From assembly GCA_951406725.2 (NCBI GenBank), contig OX597836.1:7006001-7070000 (forward strand): a stretch of 64,000 bases of DNA, read 5' to 3'. The DNA comes from Octopus vulgaris. Its lineage: Eukaryota. Position 1 is the first letter of the stretch. The number at the start of each line of letters is the position of its first letter. Of the stretch, positions 40,851 through 56,163 are shown piece after piece. Position numbers and translations under genes: made by a program. The notes below the pieces were generated by a model. The model saw only the letters and a list, made by a program, of their open reading frames with translations, had not been told where the DNA came from and made no database searches.

Positions 40851-41270
40851 AGGTGGCAAGTTGGCAGCAACGTTGGCACGCCGGGCGAAATGCTTAGCGG
40901 TATTTCGTCTGCTGCTAGGTTCTGAGTTCAAATTCCGCCGAGGTCGACTTTGCTTTTCATCCTTTCGGGGTCGATTAAATAAGTACCAGTTACGCACTGG
41001 GGTCGATGGAATCGACTTAATACCTATGTCTGTCCTTGTTTGTCCCCTCTATGTTTAGCCCCTTGTGGGTAATAAAGAAATAGGTATTTCGTCTGCCGCT
41101 ACATTCTGAGTTCAAATTCCGCCGAGGTCGACTTTGCCTTTCATCCTTCCGGGGTCGATTAAATAAATACCAGTTACGCACTGGGGGCTCGATATAATCG
41201 ACTTAATCTGATTGTCTGTCTTTGCTTGTCTTCTCTGTGTTTAGTCCCTTGTGTGGGTAGTAAAGAAATA
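40851..41270 (+). mobile_element. SINE family A dimer inserted in an older family A copy (40745-41360)
   Basis: 15-bp TSD gaaataaag(t/c)accag at 40836-40850 and 41271-41285. Confidence 0.88.
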
Positions 41271-41404
41271 GAAATAAAGCACCAGTCAAGTACTGAAGTC
41301 AAGAGTACCAACGATAATTCTTCCTCAAAATTATCCTTTTGAGTTTATGGTTGAAGCAATCTTTCATATCAAAACATTTAGTAATACAGGCTGTTCAAAA
41401 AGTC

Positions 41405-41550
41405 TCTCCGCAGTGAATTTTTTTTCATCCTGCGCATCACTATGGCGCTACTTCAAGAGTTTTTCGGTACTGTTTCTATTTCGCGGATTTTCACTTATCG
41501 CGGGTGGAAAGTGGAACGTAACACCCACGATAGCCGAAGGATTACTGTAC
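41405..41550. mobile_element. Right end of a pogo/Tigger-like MITE (a left end of the same type is at 48129-48300)
   Basis: gatagccgaaggattactg-TA versus cagtaatccttcaccatatcgcgg. Confidence 0.5.
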
Positions 41551-41569
41551 ATAGATATGTGTACATATC

Positions 41570-41987
41570 TGTTTCTTTATTGCCCACTAGGGGGCTAAAT
41601 ATAGAGGGGACAAACAAGGACAGACAAACGGATTAAGTCGATTATATCGACCCTAGTGCGTAACAGGTACTTAATTTATCGACCTCGAAAGGATGAAAAG
41701 CAGAGTCGACCGCGGTGGAATTTGAACTCAGAACGTAGCGACGGGCGAAATACCTATTTCTTTATTACCCACAAGGGGCTAAACACAGAGAGGACAAACT
41801 AGGACAGACATAGGTATTAAGTCGATTACATCGACTCCAGTGCGTAACTGGTACTTAATTTATCGACCCCGAAAGGATGAAAGGCAAAGTCGACCTCGGT
41901 GGAATTTGAACTCAGAACGTAGCGACGGGCGAAATACCGCGAAGCACTTCACCCGGCGTGCTAACGTTTCTGCCAGCTCGCCGCCTT
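41570..41987 (-). mobile_element. SINE family A dimer
   Basis: TSD gatatgtgtacat at 41554-41566 and 41988-42000. Confidence 0.9.
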
Positions 41988-42257
41988 GATATGTGTACAT
42001 GTCTATGCGGATGAGTATATATATTATATGCACTAATACATACAAGCACACACATTCTAAGTTCAAATCCCACCAATGTCACGTTTGTTTTTCCTTCTTT
42101 CAAGCGATGAAATAAAATATCAGTCATGTACTGGAGTTAAAAGCGTCGACGATAATCCTTACTGAAAATTATGGTCCTATGCCTATACCAGAAGCAATCA
42201 TTTATTTAAAAATAATTATTAGTATAATTATTGGAGTAGTTATTAATATAATTAATT

Positions 42258-42577
42258 TATCAGGTTGAGTAAAACGTAAGGAATGTTTTAAACCATGAAG
42301 AATTTGTACTGGATTTTTGAATTTTTTTTAACAGTTTTTTTTTGTTTTTTTGCAATTATCTCATAATACAGAAATAGTCTTGCCCAAATGCATCAATAAA
42401 TTAACATTGATATTTTTTTTCTCCGTTTGGAATGTATCTGACAAAGCGTGGTCATAGAGCAATTTTGCTATTCGACTTCGAAACAGGACGTAAAACAGCC
42501 GAAACTGCTCGCGATATCAACAGAACGTTTGGTGACGAAATGACCACTGTGTGGTCAGCTCGAAAATGATTTAAGCA
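42258..42577 (+). mobile_element. Mariner 5' end (TIR-like start and transposase N-terminus)
   Basis: RAILLFDFETGRKTAETARDINRTFG...RK*FK resembles the Hsmar1-type N-terminal HTH. Confidence 0.8.
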
Positions 42578-42872
42578 ACCTATATATATACATACATATA
42601 TATATATATATACGAAAATAGGCGCAGGGGTGCCAGTGTGGTAAAAACCTTGCTTCCCAACCATATGCTTCGAGCTTCAGTCGCACTGCGTGGAACTTTG
42701 GGTGGCGACCAAAGCCTTGTGAGTGGCTATATATATATGTATATATGTATGTATGTATATATATATATATATATATACATACATATAATATATATATATA
42801 TGTATATTCATATATTCATATATTCATATATCTATATGTATATACATATATATACACCACATATACAAACAG

Positions 42873-42903
<31 letters not shown>

Positions 42904-43050
42904 CATGCATACATATATACATATATATATACATATAAAAATATATATAAATACATACATATATTTATAAATTTGTCTATATATAAATATATGCATATAC
43001 ATACATATATATACATATAGATACATATATATAAATATATGTCTATACAT

Positions 43051-43144
<94 letters not shown>

Positions 43145-43640
43145 TGTGTGCACTTGAGGGGTACTTTGACATGAAAGACAAAGCCATTTAATAAACATCA
43201 ACTTTCTGAATGACTGTGAAACAACAAAGTGGCAACACAATTATTCCACCGAATCAATCGGATGTTTATTACATACATTTTACCTTATGAAGCAGACAAA
43301 GAGGCCAAGTGTTGTTAGGTACACTTATATTAATAGTAATAATAGTAAAAACTCAAATAACATCACTACGATTTCGTCTAGAACTATTGCGTTTCAAAGT
43401 AATAACGGTGACGAGAGAAATAATTATTTTAAATTGAGTATAATGATGATAATAATGATTGATATCATTTTTTTGTTTGTTTGGTACATATGTATGTAAT
43501 TTATATATAGATATATAGATATATAGATATAGATATATTTATGTATATCTTTTATATTTTATCTTTCACCTGTTTCACTTATTAGACTGTGGCCATGCTG
43601 GGGCAGCACCTATATACATATATATCTATATATGTATGTA

Positions 43641-43861
43641 TGGCGAGCTGGTAGAAACGTTAGCACGCCGGGCGAAATGCTTAGTGGTATTTCGTCTGCG
43701 GATATGTTCTGAGTTCAAATTGCGCCGAGGTCGAATTTGCCTTCCATCCTTTCGGGGTCGATTAAATAAGTACCATTTACGAACTGGAGTCGATATAATC
43801 GACTTAATCCCTTTATCTGTCCTTGTTTGTCCCCTCTATGTTTAGCCCATTGTGAGCAAAA

Positions 43862-43865
<4 letters not shown>
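43641..43865 (+). mobile_element. SINE family A
   Basis: Similarity to other family A copies. Confidence 0.85.
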
Positions 43866-43910
<45 letters not shown>

Positions 43911-44124
43911 TAATTATATATATATATATATATATATAGTGTATATATATAGTGTATATTTATAAAGACAGAGGGACAAGCAGTGAGAGAAAGGGGAGAA
44001 ACGGAGAGATGGATCGATACATACATACAAATATATGTGTATACATCTATGCAGATGAGTATATATATTATATAAGTTACTCCATACATGCACACATACT
44101 GACATAAATATTTCTATCTCTGCA

Positions 44125-44167
<43 letters not shown>

Positions 44168-44179
44168 GCACATGTACGC

Positions 44180-44245
<66 letters not shown>

Positions 44246-44949
44246 ATGTATTATCGTGTTAGTGTTTCATATAGATGGACTTAAAGAACTTTAGATAAAA
44301 ACCATTTTCAAAAGAAATATTCATCAAAACTTAATCTTTACTGAGAATCGCGAAACTTCGGACCCAAAGTAATTCAATATTAAACGGAATAAATTCTGTT
44401 ACATATTAAATAAGTTGATATAATAAATGTCTAAACATGCCACAAAGAATATAACTTTATGGTTATAGATAGACAGATAGATAGATCGATCGAGTGATAA
44501 ATAGATGGATAGATACATTCATACATACATACATACATACATACATACATACATACATGGATTGATGGATAGATGGATGGATGGATGGATAGACAGATAG
44601 ACAGACAGACAGACAGACATACATACACGCATACATACATACATTCTTAGGCACGTAAAGATACTTGCATGTCTAATGCATGAGGATATATATATATATG
44701 TCTGTGTGTGTGTGCGTGCGTGTGTGTATGTGTGTGAATATGCGTATATATAAATTTTTATATATATATATATACACACACACATTTATATATGCACACA
44801 TACTCATTCACATATATCTATCCACTTATTTATATATCTGTTTATCAATCTATATACATACATGTGTGTGTCTGCGTGTGTCCATGTGATGTGTGTAAGT
44901 ATAAAAATATACATGCATATATGTATATATGTATATATGTATATATGCA

Positions 44950-45017
<68 letters not shown>

Positions 45018-45115
45018 TATACATATATATATATATGTATAAATACATACAGGCACACACATTGAAATGCACGCGCATACACACATACACACACACACAT
45101 ATATATATGTGTGTA

Positions 45116-45147
<32 letters not shown>

Positions 45148-45252
45148 CACGAATGCATGTACTATCCCAAAATATATTGCTCTCGACTCAAGTAAATGAT
45201 TTCATAATAGAATATGACATACCTTTGATTCCGTAGTATATGTATGTATGTA

Positions 45253-45301
<49 letters not shown>

Positions 45302-46261
45302 GCAGAGAGAGTGGGGAAGGAGAGTGAAAGAGAGAGTTATATACATATAGATATATTGATTGATAGATAGGTAGATAGATAGATGCATACATAAATACAT
45401 ACATACATACATACATGCGTAAATACATACATACATACATAAATACATACATACATAAATACATAAATACATACATACATAAATACATAAATACATACAT
45501 ACATGCATACATACATACATACATACATACATACATACATACATACATACATGCATACATACATACATATATCTGTCTACATGTGTATACATATATGTAT
45601 ATATAAGCATGTACATATGTTACGTAATAATGTATAAATATATGTGTGTATAACTGTGTGTTTATGTGTGTTTAAGCATATAAATGTATGTATAAACGCA
45701 TGCGCTATAATCTTCATGTAATAAAGCAGAAATACTTACATACACCTGTAATCTATACATTGCATATGATGTGAGAAATTCCATTGGAATTGTGTATATA
45801 AATCTTCATTTGTGTTGCATTACACGCACACACACACACACATGCATATACATGCATATACATGCACACAACCGAACATACCTGCATACATACATACATA
45901 CATAACTACACACATACATACGTACATACACCCATCCATCCATGCATGCATACATACCTATACACATACATATATACATACACACACACATACATATGTA
46001 TGCATCGACTAAATGTGATGCTAGTGGAACGAATCTTGCTCTAGAACCATGGGGCTCCCTGTTGGCTCCTCGGCTTTTCTGCTTTATACAGATACACAAG
46101 AAATAAGTGACTGGCAAATTTTCTAGATGAACATAGAAATCTTCCTTTCGAATATACTCAAGCAGAGATCGAACTCACCGGTTGGTTAAGAAGGGAACAT
46201 ATAGGACATACATTCATTATTTATATTTTACTCAAAGAAATTTGTGTATATACATACATAT

Positions 46262-46293
<32 letters not shown>

Positions 46294-46315
46294 TTATACA
46301 TATGTACCTGTGGAA

Positions 46316-46367
<52 letters not shown>

Positions 46368-46495
46368 GTATATATGTATATATATACATGTATATATATA
46401 GGTACATGTATGCATTATGTGTATATATGCATACATATACATACGCATACATATGCATATATACATTTTTATATATAAGCATATATGTGTGCGTG

Positions 46496-46530
<35 letters not shown>

Positions 46531-46545
46531 GTGTATATGTATGTG

Positions 46546-46576
<31 letters not shown>

Positions 46577-46657
46577 TACTACTATTTATATATATACTAT
46601 TTGGCAAAAAAATGACAATCCCGAAATACAACAATATATACATATGCATATATATAC

Positions 46658-46704
<47 letters not shown>

Positions 46705-47042
46705 CATGCACATATAACACACTAAAACACACACTTTCACACACACGGTGTAAACTAGATTACCGGTCACAATGTACTTCTTTGTGTTGTTTTAGTATTC
46801 GAGTGATGCAAACCCGGTGGCTCGGCGGGTGGGCCTGCATTCTGTTTAGATAGATGGTCAGCCCATTGCAGGGTCAGCACAGCCGAGTAGACTGGAACAC
46901 ACACACACTTGCACGATCGCACACATACATACATACAAACATACATACATACATACATACATACATACATACATACATACATACATACATACATACATAC
47001 ATACATACATACATACATGAATGGATGGATGGATGAATAGAT

Positions 47043-47137
<95 letters not shown>

Positions 47138-47325
47138 CAGATGAGGAGAGAGAGAGAGAGATTCTTCCTTAAAACTACCCGACAAATGGGAACGTGAAAC
47201 TCTGAGTAGCAGATTTCGTGATGTTTTTACAAATTTAATAAAAAGAAAAGAAGATATTACTCTACCTTTGGTATTCGAGTACTATTTTTCCACCTTCTTT
47301 TGTATTTATGTTCTTACTCGTGTAC

Positions 47326-47371
<46 letters not shown>

Positions 47372-47405
47372 GAGGAGAGAGAGAGAGAATGAGAGAGAGA
47401 TATTA

Positions 47406-47471
<66 letters not shown>

Positions 47472-47778
47472 ATATAATACAATATATAAAGAGAGAGAGA
47501 GAGAGAATGAGAGAGAGATATTATATTATATCATATATATATATATATAAAATAGAGAATGTAGATAACATTGATGAACAACAATTGGTTTGCGACAATT
47601 GCTATTTATTATTAATTTACAAAAATGACTGCATACATATATATATATATATGATGATTTCTCTTGAATGAAACAGTTCTAGTCCTGTAGAAGCTCCTTC
47701 TATATAATAAATTAATTTTACTCTGCTATGTATTGAGTACCTTATTTACTGTGGTTAACCCCGAATCAACCCGGGACC

Positions 47779-47963
<185 letters not shown>

Positions 47964-48038
47964 GTATAAATACATACACCCACACACATTGGAATGCACA
48001 CGCATACACACATACACACATACACACACACATTTATA

Positions 48039-48088
<50 letters not shown>

Positions 48089-48330
48089 CTGACACACACA
48101 CACACACACACAGACACTCACACACACACAGTAATCCTTCACCATATCGCGGTTCCCCTATCGCGGTTTATCATTTAAGCTTACGTCAATCCCTTCGTGG
48201 TGTTGCTTTGCATTCGTAACAAAAAATATATATACACAAATTATAAAATAATTTTCAAAAATACTGTAAAGTATTGTTTCCATCTATCGCGTGGGGCGTT
48301 TTGGAAAATATATATAAGCATGGTTTATAT

Positions 48331-48413
<83 letters not shown>

Positions 48414-48463
48414 TGTATGTATGTATGTATGTATTTATGTATGTATGTATGTATGTATGTATG

Positions 48464-48510
<47 letters not shown>

Positions 48511-49072
48511 TCTACATATATATACATATACATATATATACATCTACATATATGTTTATACATATATATATATATACATATATATACATATATATACACA
48601 TATATAAATGCACACACACACACACACACATATTTATATACACGCACAAACATACAGGTATGTGTACGTGCATGAATGTTGTGCATCTATTTTTACATGT
48701 ATATGTATATATATACATATATACATATATACATACTTACATACACAAACTGTTATAGAATTATATATTGATTTTACATATGCCCCATTTGAATACGTAG
48801 TTACACAAAGAAGATTTAGCGTATGTACACACGTATACAGGTGAATAAATCTAAACGTATATATCCATGTACCTATATATATATATATCAAATGCACATA
48901 CAAATATCAACGAGTTATCGCTGTCGTCATGACACAACTTCCTCTCATAACTGTTCTGTCAATTTTTCCAACACCATTACCGTCACCAAATCATCCACCA
49001 TCATTTTCACCGTCTCCCCGTTACGAACTCTAAAACATAATATCTCTGTGGCAGAGACATTTTCTTTCTTTC

Positions 49073-49143
<71 letters not shown>

Positions 49144-49445
49144 CCGCAGTCATAGTTGCCAATAGGAACAGCAAAAACCGATCGTCTGCTGTCAGACAAA
49201 TGCCTTTCATATCAGCCATTGATTGATTTCGGTGTTGTTAAATGACAAATTATGGTAACAGACGCTAAGAGAACAGTAAAATTCCTGGATTTTAAGTTGA
49301 TGCTGCTGCATGGATTATTGGCAGAATTCCTCTTTGGAATCTCCTTGAAAAATATGAAGAAGCATTATTGATAGTGTTGATAATGGATATCGGCCGTGAT
49401 ATTGAGTATTTTAATAGTTTTAATGATATAGTCGGAAATATAGAA

Positions 49446-49548
<103 letters not shown>

Positions 49549-49555
49549 GTGTGTG

Positions 49556-49594
<39 letters not shown>

Positions 49595-49652
49595 AAAATT
49601 ATACACATATGTATGTTTTCACTTGTATCTGTATACACACACACACACACAC

Positions 49653-49754
<102 letters not shown>

Positions 49755-49900
49755 TATTTCTTCTTGGTTAGAGTTGGGGTTGCTTTTCTCCGGGTTATCG
49801 AAATGGTAGGCCGCCCACCTGATTCTTCTAATAAAGTCTGTGGTACGGTGGATGAGAGTCGTCGTGTAAGTTTTGTCGTGTAAGTTTTAATTATCAGGTG

Positions 49901-49944
<44 letters not shown>

Positions 49945-50188
49945 CATACATATATATACATATATACTTATATGCACATTTATGCTCATACATACTCACC
50001 TACACACGCACACCGACATATACATACGTACAGACATACAGACACACATATACTCTCATACGTAAGTAAATATTAGTCAAAGTTATGATTCTAATGCAAA
50101 TTTGGGAATAACAACGGTCATTGAATATCAGGATTCAATGAAGAGAGTGCGGACCCACATTGGGTGATTGTTTCGTTCTTGCTTATTT

Positions 50189-50549
50189 TGTGGCACTCCG
50201 TCGGTTACGATGATGAGGGTTCCAGTTGAACCAATCAACAGAAAAGGTTGCTCGTGAAATTAACGAGAAAGTGGTTGAACACTCCACAGACATGTGTATC
50301 CTTAATGTAGTTCTCGGGGGAGATTCAGCGTGACACAGATTGTGAAATACAGGTACAACAGAAACAAAGAGTGAGAGAAAGTTGTAGTGAAAGAGTACAG
50401 CAGGGTTCGTCACCACCCCCTGCCAATACCTTGTGGAGCTTTAGGTGTTTTTCGCTCAATAAACATTCACAACGCCCGGTCTGGGAATCGAAACCGCGAT
50501 CCTACGACCGTGAGTCCACTACCCTAACCACTGGGCCATTGCACCTCCA
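50189..50549 (-). mobile_element. SINE family C, tail type 2
   Basis: Reverse complement matches 12207-12573. Confidence 0.88.
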
Positions 50550-50854
50550 CTCTTGCTTATTTACACAACAGACAACGAATGCTTTGTTTTTGTTTGTGAT
50601 TAGTTGGTGTTAGGTTTGCATTTAGTATTCTGCTGTGTTAGAGCGCATGGCTTAGTTGTTAAGAGGTTTCATTACCGATGACAAGATTATGATTTCAATT
50701 TCTAGACTGGCTTTGTTCTCTGGCAAATCCACCACTTCATCTCACGTCGCTCTGGGATCACTTCTGTAACTGATGTGTGGCACAGCATGCGCCTTTTCGG
50801 GCAACGTCGCTTTGCTGAAGCGTGTGAAGTAACGTACAGCACAAACATTTGATC

Positions 50855-51008
50855 GTGGCTGTGTGGTAAGTAGCTTGCTAACCAACCACATGGTTCCGGG
50901 TTCAGTCCCACTGCGTGGCATCTTGGGCGAGTGTCTTCTGCTATAGCCCCGGGCCGACCAATGCCTTGTGAGAGGATTTGGTAGACGGAAACTGAAAGAA
51001 GCCCGTCG

Positions 51009-51043
<35 letters not shown>

Positions 51044-51270
51044 GCGTGTGTGTGTTTGTGTGTCTGTGTTTGTCCCCCTAACATTGCTTGACAACCGATG
51101 CTGGTATGTTTATGTCCCCGTTACTTAGCGGTTCGGCAAAAGAGACCGATAGAATAAGCACTGGGCTTACAAAAAAGAATAAGTCCCGGGGTCGAGTTGC
51201 TCGATTAAAAGCGGTGCTCCAGTATGGCCGCAGTCAAATGACTGAAACAAGTAAAAGAGTAAAAAAGAGT
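50855..51270 (+). mobile_element. SINE family B, full length
   Basis: tggctgtgtggtaag A box, gggttcagtccc B box, internal (TA)(TG), tail cagtatggccgcagtcaaatgactgaaac. Confidence 0.9.
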
Positions 51271-51987
51271 AAGTGTATTACAAACGAAATATTTTATTAA
51301 ACAAGTAATTGTAAAACTCTCATTCCCTAAGTACGAGAGACTACCATCACCATTCTCGTGTGCTATGGGTATCGCTCTTTTCCTTCTGTTCCTGGAGAGT
51401 ATTCTCTAAACTATAATTGTGTTACTCACTATTGTTTTCCAGTCTACTTTTATTTTGTATTATACAATGCAATTCATTCTAATTACACTTTATTATAGAC
51501 CGAGATTAGTCGTTGGGAAAATAGCATGTTTTTAACCGCTAAAACAGTTGAAGTCACGGCGCTTACAACTTTTTTTCTTTCACATTAATAATCTCGTTAG
51601 TAGATCACACATATCATTTTAAACTTGTCTATCTATATTGTAGCGTGTCTTTTCGTATGTTTTATTATTTTTTTTGTATGTGTGTGTGTGTTTTTGATGT
51701 ATATACTTAGCGTTAATTTATCCTTTGGTCTAATTAATTTTATGCCCCGTTTTAAGAAGTTTTTGATATTGCATTTGTATGTTCAGACTAGATAATAAAG
51801 ATGCGCAAATGTCATCGGCGAATCTGGGAATTCTGTTGTTGAAAACTACCAGGAACTCAAATGAAAGAGAAAAAAAACAACTAGAAAGCAGCAATGTTTT
51901 TAGATCATGTCCGGAAAAGAAAGTTTTTCTTGATACATACATACTTACATATATACATACATACACACACACACACACACATATATA

Positions 51988-52054
<67 letters not shown>

Positions 52055-52194
52055 GGTAAGACCTCCTACGGTCACGAATGTCCATGGAATTGCGTCTAGA
52101 AAGTTTCCTTCCGAGGCATAAATCCGGCCAAGATTGTTTGTAGAAGACCAACGGTCACTCAAGCATACAAGTCTCCTTAGATAGATAGATAAAT

Positions 52195-52560
52195 AGATAT
52201 GTTTCTTTATTAGCCACACAGGGCTGCACACAGACAGGTAGAGCTTTTCTTTTGGGGGTAAAAAAAGGGGGTTTGGTTTTCGATCAAAAGGGATCGTAAA
52301 GGGAAAGAAAGAGGACAAAAAAAAGGGGGGAATAAAATTTTAAAAAAAAAAAAGGGGGGGAATTGATCAATAGGGATCGTTATCACAGAAATGTCAATAT
52401 GAAGTGTAAAGGGGAGGACAGGTGAGGTTTACCCGTGGAAAGAAAAGCCTACGGAAAAGACCACGGTAACCTCGATCAATGAAGTCACATGTTATATTTC
52501 TTTTTTTTTTGCAAATAAGCAACTCTCTGTATTAATTTTTACTGTTCATAGAATCATAGT
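52195..52560 (-). mobile_element. Probable 3' UTR of a LINE (Tx1/L1-like), ending in (TATC)n
   Basis: Minus strand ends cagccctgtgtggctaataaagaaacatatc, with AATAAA; clade call is tentative. Confidence 0.45.
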
Positions 52561-52726
52561 CAAGGTGGCTTCGTCATTCATACGTGCCATCCTTGCTACA
52601 TTCACCCATCTTTTTTTAAAACATTCACTAGACAAAACTTACCTCTCTACTCTCACTTTCCTCTTCAAGTGATACTTGAAAGATAAATAGATAGACAGAT
52701 AGATAGATAGATAGATAGATAGATAT

Positions 52727-52829
<103 letters not shown>

Positions 52830-53029
52830 TACACACTCTTCTGGGAGCACTCACAAAATCTTTTCTTCACCTAGGTCGAATTTTCTGCATTCTGTAGTTT
52901 CCGCCACCGAGATTTCCTCATTGTGACACCGGAGACCAAGAACAGAGCTGTCGTCGTTTCGTGCGCTGACCACTGCTAAGCGGAGACCACTGTTAAACGC
53001 TAACCACTGCTAAGCTCTACCAGCTACAC

Positions 53030-53900
53030 AATTTTTGTTTTCTCTCACCACCACTGATCATCTGACCCAACACCACTTTCAGAAACTCGTGCTCTCTATT
53101 ATCCATCAGTTCATCACATCCTCATTGATCACCATCACCACCTTCAGTGTCTGCGATCTCCTCTACCATAGCCATATACCTCTTCCTGATTCACACAAAC
53201 CGAACAACCATGGCCAGTTCGTCATCTCTGCATGCAATTGCCTCATTGAACTCTTTTCAAAATCTCTCCACCTCATCCTTCCGCCCTTTGTAACTAGCTT
53301 CCCACATGTCTGACCTCATCAGCTCTTTCTTCACTCCGAACCCTGATAACTCTTATTTACGGTAGACATTATTTCCCTCTACACTGTCATATCTCAAAAC
53401 ACGTCCTTCACGATTTACAATATGTTTTCGACTATCACACAACACCCCAATCAGGCCCCTTCTAACAAAGCCCTCTTCACTCGTAACTGCTTCTCCTTTC
53501 TCTGAGGTGGCTATGGGCACAAAAGTAGGCCCCTACTATGCCAATCTATTTTTTGGTTATGTTGAAGTCCATATTTCCCCACAGTTTGACCCCAGCCCTT
53601 CAGCGCACTAGCTTCTGCGCATTCTGAAGCCTCCAATCCTACCTGAACTCTTCTAACAATCTGTGTTACCAGCTCGTCTACAGTTTCTTCCCTACCTCAT
53701 GAATGTAACCTGGATCTCTGTCTTAATCACAATCTCCCGCCGCTACACCTTTCTTTTCAACACTACCCATCTTATCGGCCGCAACCACTCTTTCGATATG
53801 ATATATCCCTTCACCTGCATTGCTATTTATTTAGTACTTGAAATACTCTATTTGCAACTCGTTATATATTGGACATACCGGACGTCAATCATCTAGCGTT
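53030..53900 (+). mobile_element. Decayed Penelope-like element (RT plus GIY-YIG remnants)
   Basis: HKPNNHGQFVISACNC, LFTVDIISLYTVI, VAMGTKVGPYYANLFFGYVE, CNSLYIGHTGR. Confidence 0.85.
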
Positions 53901-54589
53901 GGATTTCATACATCAGTAAAGAAAACAACATAGCATCATATACACCCCCAGAATATCATTTACTCCCCGACGAGGCCTCAGTGGGTTCAACATGTAGAAG
54001 GCCTCATGGTATTAGACGTCACATGACCACACAACTCTTGAGGGTTTTCTTGACATGAACTGCCCTTCTTTCCAAATGGAGGACTTCTTTCTGATGTCCT
54101 CGTGCGTCACATATTTAATGCTAGAGTCTACCACATTGAGATGCTCGATAATGCCACCACCCCATCGGTCCACTGGAATTGCCGTTGGTGACATCCGAAA
54201 CCTAGTGGATGAATTCGGTCGCCTTTGACCACTGACCACTACGAACGTTTCTTTGTTCTAACCACGAATAGGACGCTCACACCAGAGAAACCCAGCTCTT
54301 CCTTGACCGTCACCATGGATAACCCAGCCACGTTCCGGTAGCTGATGGTCTGAGAATTGCTATGGTTAGAGGCTGCAGTCAATAGAATGGTATGCCTATT
54401 CATTTCTTGTGTCAGCTTGGTATCCTCCATGCTGCTACTGTCGACATGCCTGAAAAAGAAATGAAAAAAATTCAAATTTGACGCATGCCGTGTATCAAAT
54501 GTTAGGTCATGTTCCAATCATGACCTAGAAAAATGTCTTTACAAAAACCAAGCCTAGTCTGTATTATTATTATTATTATGATGATGATG

Positions 54590-54680
<91 letters not shown>

Positions 54681-54712
54681 TTACTATCGTTATTATTATT
54701 ACTGTCATTATT

Positions 54713-54816
<104 letters not shown>

Positions 54817-54840
54817 CATCGTTATTATAAGTATTATTAT

Positions 54841-55310
54841 TCAGAGAGCAGTGCATGCCATCAAAGTGATAATGGCGTAAAATATACGAAGCCTGTATAC
54901 CCATCATGACTACCCGTCTGATAGAGTTACACCAGGCACATGCATCACAACTATTTGTGCCCGACATATCAAGATTAACAGCGCATGGCCTTGCAGGTCG
55001 GACCCAGTTAGAATTTTCTTCAGGTCGAGTAACCCATTCTGCTCAAATGGTCCTTGAACAAGGGTTGTTTAAGGATGTTGAACGAAACACCCATGTTTCC
55101 AAAAGTAAATTATCCAAACCCCAAAGAATTCCTCTCAACGAATGGATATGATGTTCCCCTACTACTTCTGCTTGTGATCAGAGATGCACATATCGTCAGC
55201 CACTAAGGGGCATTCTCAATTGGCTAGGGTCAAACAACTGACAAGCATATCTCTGGTATTGAGCAGAATATTTGCTGTAGCCCGTCATTTATACCAAGAC
55301 AACACAATGA
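54841..55310 (-). mobile_element. Non-coding element of about 470 bp flanked by (TAA)n arrays, copy 1
   Basis: Reverse complement aligns end to end with 58870-59362. Confidence 0.8.
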
Positions 55311-55344
<34 letters not shown>

Positions 55345-55350
<6 letters not shown>

Positions 55351-55752
55351 TAGTTTTATTTTTATATCGTGCTTTCACTTCACTACCGAGCGCAGCTCTG
55401 TGTGCCTTGGGTATGTGCTGTGGTTTGTTGTGACGCTCTTATGGTTACTATATTGAAAGTGTTTTGCGTAGGATGTGTGCAGTGCCTAGTAGTGCAATTT
55501 TCTGTATGTTATATGTGTTTGTAAGTCCTGGTGTTTCTGTTATGTATTTGTCTGAATATTTTTTTATCATGCCTAATGCACCTACTATGATAGGAATTGT
55601 TTCTGTTTTCAGGTTCCACATTCTAGTTACCTCTATTTCCAGGTCTTTGTATTTTGAGAGTTTCTCCATTTCTTTTAGAGACACGTTGTCATCTGCCGGT
55701 ATTGATACATCAATTAGAAAGCATTTTTTTTCTTCATGATCTCTGACTATTA
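55345..55752 (-). mobile_element. 3' end of a Dong/R4-like LINE (RLE domain) in a (TAA)n array
   Basis: KKCFLIDVSIPADDNVSLKEMEKLSKYKDLEIEVTRMWNLKTETIPIIVGALG...QKIALLGTAHILRKTLSI*. Confidence 0.88.
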
Positions 55753-55813
55753 TTGATCTCTGATTATTAATATGATCTCTGATTATTATTATGATCTCTG
55801 ATTATTATTATTA

Positions 55814-55891
<78 letters not shown>

Positions 55892-56013
55892 CCATCTTCA
55901 TCATTATTCAGCTTCCAATAAAATTTGATAAATTACTCTACTTTTACTGTGGAGTATTCTTTTTTTCATCATTTTCGTAGATATATGTTTTTGCAAGTGC
56001 ACACACACCACAT

Positions 56014-56075
<62 letters not shown>

Positions 56076-56117
56076 ACTCAAATATATGCTTTTGCATGTG
56101 CACACACACATACACAC

Positions 56118-56163
<46 letters not shown>

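Noticed and set aside
54012-54517. Two adjacent minus-strand ORFs
   Set aside because: No motif I can identify; probably decayed LINE sequence, not supportable as a gene
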